Origin: a virus
Taxonomy: Duplodnaviria > Caudoviricetes
DNA length: 39,612 bases
Direction: 5' to 3' (one strand)
Virus record (IMG/VR): IMGVR_UViG_3300022897_000007
Location: 1 to 39,612 of that record
Under the pieces are notes generated by a model that worked only from the letters and a program-made list of their open reading frames with translations, did no database searches and was not told the DNA's origin. The position numbers and the translations under genes were made by a program. Position 1 is the stretch's first letter, and each line of letters begins with the position of its first letter. Positions 35,314-39,612 of this stretch are shown one piece after another.

Positions 35314-36194
35314 TCCGTATCGCTACGGGTGCGTTGTGCACCCTGCTCGCCGACCTCGCCCTCACCACCGCACCCGAAGACGGCGCCGACCCACAACTGG
35401 CCAGCGTGCTGCTCTACACCGACCGCGGCTACCCCGACCCCGGCGAACCCGGCGTGAGCGACATCCTGGTCGGGGTCAGCACCAACCGGCGCGTGGCTGG
35501 CCACGTGTTCGCCGGCAGCGACGGGCAGATGACCCCGATGCTGTGGCCTGTGGCGAAGGTGGCTCAGGTGATCGCGGTGTTCAAGCCCAAGCTGAAGGGC
35601 AACAAGGAACACGGCGTGATCATCACGAGGGACACAGAGCATGTCACGGTGCAGGAGGACCCGAACCTGTTCGATGATGGTGACTCGATCACGTTCAAGC
35701 TCGGGGATATCGAGACGTACCCGCACAAGCTGACCGAGCTGATCGCGGACATGCCGACGTCGCGCAAAAGCCGGGACCTGTCCAGCCTGCTCGATCAGCC
35801 GAAACCGCGGACCGACTTCTACGCCGTCGACCTCGCCCTGCTGGTGAAGATCGCGACCGGCCGCAAGAGCGTGATCGAGACGTTCCGTCTGGATCAGGAC
35901 TCCCGGATCCTGGTGCGGATCGGTGACTACTGGCGTGGCTGGATCCGGCCGGTGCCGTACGAGCAGGGCAGCACGAAGGTGGGCAGGCACGCCTATGAGC
36001 CTGAGGGCGACGTGTACCACCCGGATCTGCCGGGCACGGGTGTCGATGTGCCGGATCCGTACGCGCCGACGGAGAAAGAGCCAGTGGCTGCGACGGGCGC
36101 GGCCGTCGATCCGGTGCTGCCGCTGGGTGCCGACGACGGTGGTGAGTTCTTCGTCGACCCGGCCGAGGTCGAACAGGCCGAGGCCACCTCATGA
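35310..36194 (+). CDS. DNA polymerase III beta-clamp-like protein
   Basis: LASVLL..LVGVSTNRRVAG..YP..F...L..G.I.PV pattern of clamp domains; GTGA start. Confidence 0.5.
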   Translation: MIRIATGALCTLLADLALTTAPEDGADPQLASVLLYTDRGYPDPGEPGVSDILVGVSTNRRVAGHVFAGSDGQMTPMLWPVAKVAQVIAVFKPKLKGNKEHGVIITRDTEHVTVQEDPNLFDDGDSITFKLGDIETYPHKLTELIADMPTSRKSRDLSSLLDQPKPRTDFYAVDLALLVKIATGRKSVIETFRLDQDSRILVRIGDYWRGWIRPVPYEQGSTKVGRHAYEPEGDVYHPDLPGTGVDVPDPYAPTEKEPVAATGAAVDPVLPLGADDGGEFFVDPAEVEQAEATS

Positions 36195-36346
36195 TGGATG
36201 TGTGGATCGTGCTCTCACTCACCGCCCTCATCACCCTGCTCGCTGGCGCATGGATCCGCGAACGCATCCTCATCCGCCGCGCCCGCCGGCAGCTGGCCGC
36301 GACGGACCACAGCCCGATCCCCGAGAAGAAACGGTCAAGACGATGA
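36191..36346 (+). CDS. 51-aa single-TM protein
   Basis: MMDVWIVLSLTALITLLAGAW plus basic tail; ATGA at both ends. Confidence 0.6.
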   Translation: MMDVWIVLSLTALITLLAGAWIRERILIRRARRQLAATDHSPIPEKKRSRR

Positions 36347-36528
36347 TCGATCCCATGGTGTTGTTCGTGTTCGCTGTCCTGTTGATCCTGGTCGGCGCGG
36401 TCGGGATGTCGCTCTACGCTGAACGGGTGGACCACCGTCGGCGCACCCGGATCCGTCGGCTGGAGACTGAGTTGAAGCTGGCGAACGCGATCGTGGACAC
36501 GGCGGCACCCGGCCGGGAACCCGCATGA
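36343..36528 (+). CDS. 61-aa single-TM protein
   Basis: MVLFVFAVLLILVGAVGMSL plus basic coil; ATGA at both ends. Confidence 0.6.
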   Translation: MIDPMVLFVFAVLLILVGAVGMSLYAERVDHRRRTRIRRLETELKLANAIVDTAAPGREPA

Positions 36529-36836
36529 GCTATTGGTGCGGGTTCGAGGACACCACTGACCCGGCTCTGGACTCCATCAACATGACCAGCAACGTCGCTC
36601 CGATGTGGCGGCTGGCGGGTGCTGATCTCGCTGCGATGAAAGGGAAAGCAGCGAAGGAAGTGCGCGTCATCCTGGCGACGGCAGTAAGGAACATGCTTGC
36701 CGAGCCGGAAAAGTACAAGGCACTCAACCCTGGTAACGGTTGGGGTGACTACGAATCCTGCGTTATGTACCTAGCCAAGCTGGCCATCATGGCGGGCGAG
36801 GTTGATCCTTGTGACACGTTCCGGGCGAGTCATTAG
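36525..36836 (+). CDS. Hypothetical phage protein
   Basis: NMTSNVAPMW..NPGNGWGDY motif. Confidence 0.7.
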   Translation: MSYWCGFEDTTDPALDSINMTSNVAPMWRLAGADLAAMKGKAAKEVRVILATAVRNMLAEPEKYKALNPGNGWGDYESCVMYLAKLAIMAGEVDPCDTFRASH

Positions 36837-36899
36837 GTACCGGTAGGATGACGCTCGGGGGCGGCGGGGGCACAGCCCGTGGTGGTCCCTCGTGTGGTG

Positions 36900-36986
36900 T
36901 TCCCGCTGGTTTAGTATCGGCGTGCAATCGGTGATGCGCTGACGCGCTGTTAGTCGCTTCCAGGTTCCGACCCCTCGGCCGGGAAA
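36900..36986 (+). ncRNA. Degenerate tRNA-like element
   Basis: TTCCCG/CGGGAA-A acceptor-like ends, TGGTTTAGT..GG D-like arm, AGG-TTCCGACC-CCT T-like arm; anticodon arm non-canonical. Confidence 0.3.
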
Positions 36987-36989
36987 CGA

Positions 36990-37030
36990 ACAGAGGACCC
37001 TGCACACCAGTCACGTGCAGGGTCCTCTGT
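36990..37030. terminator. Bidirectional terminator between convergent units
   Basis: Perfect 16-bp stem ACAGAGGACCCTGCAC/GTGCAGGGTCCTCTGT. Confidence 0.75.
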
Positions 37031-37040
37031 CTGTCCGGGG

Positions 37041-37217
37041 TCAGGCTGGCTCACACAGCTTGTCGTAGGTCTCTTTGATCGGCCGCGCCTTGTCGTGCGC
37101 CGCGCGCATGGTGTCTTGGGCGCAGTCGAGGTAGCCCTGCCGGTAGGCCATGAGCACGACACGGACCACGAACGTCGCGTTCCGGACGTACTCGGGATCC
37201 GGGTTCGGCGCGGTCAT
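37041..37217 (-). CDS. Hypothetical protein
   Basis: ATG 37217 overlaps stop of 37214-37363; AYRQGY motif. Confidence 0.55.
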   Translation of the reverse strand: MTAPNPDPEYVRNATFVVRVVLMAYRQGYLDCAQDTMRAAHDKARPIKETYDKLCEPA

Positions 37218-37363
37218 CGGATCCGCCAACGCCACAGCACGTACCGCAGACGCCACCACGCAGGCCACCGCCGCCACCACGGGATCAGGTACCGGCGGCA
37301 GCGGGCACACCGCACAGGCCGGGCGGCCTGCGACCATATGTGCTGCTTACACGACTTCCTCAT
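37214..37363 (-). CDS. 49-aa Zn-knuckle plus Trp/Arg-rich peptide (absent from ORF track)
   Basis: GGGAGGAGG RBS; ATGA overlap; MRKSCKQHIWSQAARPVRCARCRRYLIPWWRRWPAWWRLRYVLWRWRIR. Confidence 0.6.
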   Translation of the reverse strand: MRKSCKQHIWSQAARPVRCARCRRYLIPWWRRWPAWWRLRYVLWRWRIR

Positions 37364-37535
37364 CCGGCCCGACCTCCTCCCTGCTGGGCAGCAGCTCGAT
37401 CACGATCTCGTCCAGCTCCCGCGCGCACGTGAGCAGAACACCCGCGCCGGGACTGTAGGTTGCACCGCGTAGCCGCCACGACGACGCCAGGTCGATTAGC
37501 CGCGCCCGCGCAACATCCACCTGCGACGCGCTCAT
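37347..37535 (-). CDS. Hypothetical protein
   Basis: ATGA overlap; 62 aa. Confidence 0.55.
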   Translation of the reverse strand: MSASQVDVARARLIDLASSWRLRGATYSPGAGVLLTCARELDEIVIELLPSREEVGPDEEVV

Positions 37536-37798
37536 TTGCGGCCGCGTTTCCGGCGGTTCACCCGAGCCACCTGTTCATCGGTGACCTCGGTCCAGTCCTC
37601 GACCACGATCACCTGACGCCGATATACCTTCCCGCCGTCGCGTTTGCTGTTAACGATCCACTCGGCCAGCGGGTAGACCTTCTCGATCTCGGGGTGTCCG
37701 TTGCGGACCAACATCGCGCCGGACGAATACAGCTGCCCGTGCTCGACGACAACATCGTCTGTCTCCGGCATGGCTATCTCCTGCCCTGGTTCTGTCAT
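37532..37798 (-). CDS. Hypothetical protein
   Basis: ATGA overlaps; VYRRQVIVVEDWTEV. Confidence 0.6.
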   Translation of the reverse strand: MTEPGQEIAMPETDDVVVEHGQLYSSGAMLVRNGHPEIEKVYPLAEWIVNSKRDGGKVYRRQVIVVEDWTEVTDEQVARVNRRKRGRK

Positions 37799-37998
37799 GC
37801 CCAGTCACGCTCGGCGTACTCCATGAAAATCTCGCGCCAGCTTGTGCCCGGCATGCGACTGTTCCTGTCCTGGATCTGCCTAGCCTCTGACTCCAAACTG
37901 ACCACCGTGCCAGGAGGTAGGCGCCGGATGACCTCGACCACCGGCGACGGCCTAGCCACTGGCCACCGGTGACTAGGAGGTGGCATCAACGGTGACAC
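37795..37998 (-). CDS. Hypothetical protein
   Basis: Fills operon; start uncertain. Confidence 0.5.
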   Translation of the reverse strand: MSPLMPPPSHRWPVARPSPVVEVIRRLPPGTVVSLESEARQIQDRNSRMPGTSWREIFMEYAERDWA

Positions 37999-38260
37999 CC
38001 GCTGTGCTGTCCGCTGCCTGGTCGGTAGGCACCTGCTTGGTGTCGTCGCCTACCGAGTAGGCAGCGATGCCTTGGATCTGGGCACGAGACCACTTGGTGA
38101 TGGCCATGATCTCGGCGTTGGGGATTTTGATGGCCTTGGCGTCGGCGACGGCGGAGATCAGTCCCTGGCGGGCTGTGTCCAGCGCGGCGCTGGCCTGGTG
38201 ATAGTCGGTGGCCATCTCGGTGAGGATTTCGATGTGGCCGGCTTTGTCGAGTGGTTCCAT
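37973..38260 (-). CDS. Small HTH-type repressor candidate
   Basis: ARQGLISAVADAK..IPNAEIMAITKWSRAQIQGI helix plus HTH pattern; leaderless promoter and operators directly upstream. Confidence 0.6.
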   Translation of the reverse strand: MEPLDKAGHIEILTEMATDYHQASAALDTARQGLISAVADAKAIKIPNAEIMAITKWSRAQIQGIAAYSVGDDTKQVPTDQAADSTAGVTVDATS

Positions 38261-38345
38261 GGTGGTGAGTCTAGTGTCTAGACACCCTCAAATCAATACT
38301 GTCTAGACGCTAGACACGGCAGTGTCTAGACAGTAGACTGGTGTT
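38261..38345. promoter_or_regulatory. Divergent promoters with three GTCTAGAC palindromic operators
   Basis: GTGTCTAGACAC 38274-38285, GTCTAGAC 38301-38308, TGTCTAGACA 38323-38332; left TTGATT-17-TAGACT-7-ATG; right TAGACA-17-TAGACT. Confidence 0.8.
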
Positions 38346-38368
38346 ACACCGAGCGAGGGAGACACCAA

Positions 38369-38566
38369 ATGCTCACCACCAGCCACCTCACCAAAACTCC
38401 CACCAACCGCGCCAGCGTCCGCGGCGGAGACATCATCGACGGCGCGCGGGTCGAGGCCATCCGGTACGGACAGCTCAAGGGTGTCGAGCAGGTGGCCCTC
38501 AAGTTCGAGGGCGAGGAGTACGGCCCGTACCTGCCCGCCGACTGGCACATCAGCGTCTACCGCTAG
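38369..38566 (+). CDS. Small hypothetical protein
   Basis: GAGGGAG RBS; ASVRGGDII SH3-like start. Confidence 0.65.
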   Translation: MLTTSHLTKTPTNRASVRGGDIIDGARVEAIRYGQLKGVEQVALKFEGEEYGPYLPADWHISVYR

Positions 38567-38573
38567 ACGGCAG

Positions 38574-38627
38574 GCCCCCGGGAAATCGGGGGCACCTTGG
38601 GGGCGCGGCCCGAACCCCGCGCCCCCA
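38574..38627 (+). terminator. Tandem GC-rich stem-loops
   Basis: GCCCCCG/CGGGGGC and TGGGGGCGCGG/CCGCGCCCCCA. Confidence 0.5.
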
Positions 38628-38678
38628 GCATCTGACACCAACCAGCCCAGCCAGACTAGCCCCGAAGGTGAGACCCCG

Positions 38679-39086
38679 GTGACCGCCATCGCCCGCCCCA
38701 ACCGCCCCGCCCGCGTCGTCCTCACCCCCGCTGCCAAACACGCACTCTCCGGCAGCATGTGGCTCATGGGCACCCAAGCCGCCACCGAACTGGCCAGCCT
38801 GAACCTGATCGACGCCACCGGCCGGATCACCGAGAACGGCGAGCGGATGCGCTCCTACCTCACCCACCAGACCCACCTCGGCCACCTCGCCAAGCAGGTC
38901 CGCGCCGAGGGCATCGACGGCGAAGACCTCGCCGACCTCGCCGCTGGCATCGACGCCGGTGAGGAAACCGGCAGCATCACCGGCACGTCGGTGGATTTCC
39001 AGTTGGCGTTCGCGTTGGCCGCGTCACTGTCGGAGCAGTCGGCTGAGGACCTGCGGCAGGACCTGGAGACCTACCTCGGCTGGTGA
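38679..39086 (+). CDS. Hypothetical protein
   Basis: GAAGG RBS, GTG 38679; LASLNLI..ITENG wHTH-like segment, acidic C-terminus. Confidence 0.6.
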   Translation: MTAIARPNRPARVVLTPAAKHALSGSMWLMGTQAATELASLNLIDATGRITENGERMRSYLTHQTHLGHLAKQVRAEGIDGEDLADLAAGIDAGEETGSITGTSVDFQLAFALAASLSEQSAEDLRQDLETYLGW

Positions 39087-39159
39087 CTGACCGGTCACAG
39101 TGGGACCCAGCAGGCTGGGTCCACGCTGTGTCCGACCAGCCCACCTAGGAAGAGGAACC

Positions 39160-39363
39160 ATGACCACAGCAACGGTCCAGTGTGACGAGGTCACCGAGCA
39201 CGAACCGCACTCGGGATTCCGGGTGTCGGCGAACGGCCAGCCAGGCGGACTGACCCTGACGCCCGTCACCTGCTCGGGTCGGCTGACGGCGGGTGCCTGC
39301 ACCCCGACGAGCTGCGTCAACCTGAACGACCCCGTCGCGCAGGCCAACTGCTCGCTCTGCTGA
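39160..39363 (+). CDS. Small Cys/His-rich protein
   Basis: AGAGGA RBS; C..HEPH..C..C..C..CSLC-stop. Confidence 0.6.
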   Translation: MTTATVQCDEVTEHEPHSGFRVSANGQPGGLTLTPVTCSGRLTAGACTPTSCVNLNDPVAQANCSLC

Positions 39364-39373
39364 TGACAGCGAA

Positions 39374-39406
39374 AGGCCCGGCCCTCTTCTACAACGGGCC
39401 GGGCCT
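39374..39406 (+). terminator. Stem-loop after last rightward gene
   Basis: AGGCCCGGCCC/GGGCCGGGCCT 11-bp stem. Confidence 0.6.
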
Positions 39407-39465
39407 CTCGGTGACTGTTGAACACGAGCGGTCACACGGCGCCGACCCTACACCCCCAGACAGAC

Positions 39466-39496
39466 AAAACCCCCGCCTCATGCGCCGAGGCGGGGG
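39466..39496 (-). terminator. Intrinsic terminator of the leftward late/lysis transcript
   Basis: CCCCCGCCTC/GAGGCGGGGG stem followed by TTTT on minus strand, downstream of holin across the circular junction. Confidence 0.7.
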
Positions 39497-39612
39497 TCTC
39501 GCGTCAAGAACCCTTGTCGTTCTACCCAGGTCAGGCAGGAACACAGCCGAGACTACCGCAGCCGCTCCACCGACTCCACCGACACCGGCTTGTTCTCCAC
39601 CGCCCACACCGA
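39487..39612. repeat. Terminal direct repeat (copy 2) = 6-131
   Basis: Identical to window start. Confidence 0.95.

Noticed and set aside
33982-36194. Long ORF-track versions of RuvC (443 aa) and clamp-like (475 aa) proteins as fusions
   Set aside because: N-terminal extensions overlap other genes; coupled starts exist at 34792 and 35310
36900-36986. Functional canonical tRNA or attP
   Set aside because: Stem mismatches, no 7-nt anticodon loop on a 5-bp stem, no CCA and no integrase; kept only as tRNA-like

Overview
The window is an apparently complete ~39.5 kb genome of a GC-rich siphovirus-like tailed phage. Gene content and promoter style suggest an actinobacterial host; this is an inference, as no search was run. 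Positions 6-131 repeat at 39487-39612, so it is a circular assembly with unit length 39,481 bp. One long minus-strand arm runs from an XRE-type HTH gene (27071) through a DnaB-N/AAA_25 helicase, an AT-rich iteron origin, TerS, seven small genes, TerL, portal-MuF fusion, ClpP-type protease, HK97 capsid, head-tail genes, two tail-tube paralogues, tape measure, a large minor tail protein and a multi-membrane-protein lysis cassette. The plus-strand arm (27150-36836) has many small ORFs, a RecE-like nuclease with a putative annealing protein, RuvC and a clamp-like protein. A second divergent unit sits at 37041-39363. I found no integrase, DNA polymerase or CRISPR array. The most striking unexplained structure is a set of short peptides repeated at distant sites with mostly synonymous DNA divergence. 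(1) Two unannotated 22-23 aa four-cysteine micro-ORFs (CTVxCDWxNCLCxQLR) are translationally coupled to TerL and to the capsid gene. (2) The TerS C-terminal tail (GV)DLGNLS-stop is reused by two nearby putative DNA-binding proteins. (3) A TKxVPxDQAADS motif is shared by a head-region protein and a small HTH repressor. Product names come from motif recognition and gene order only.
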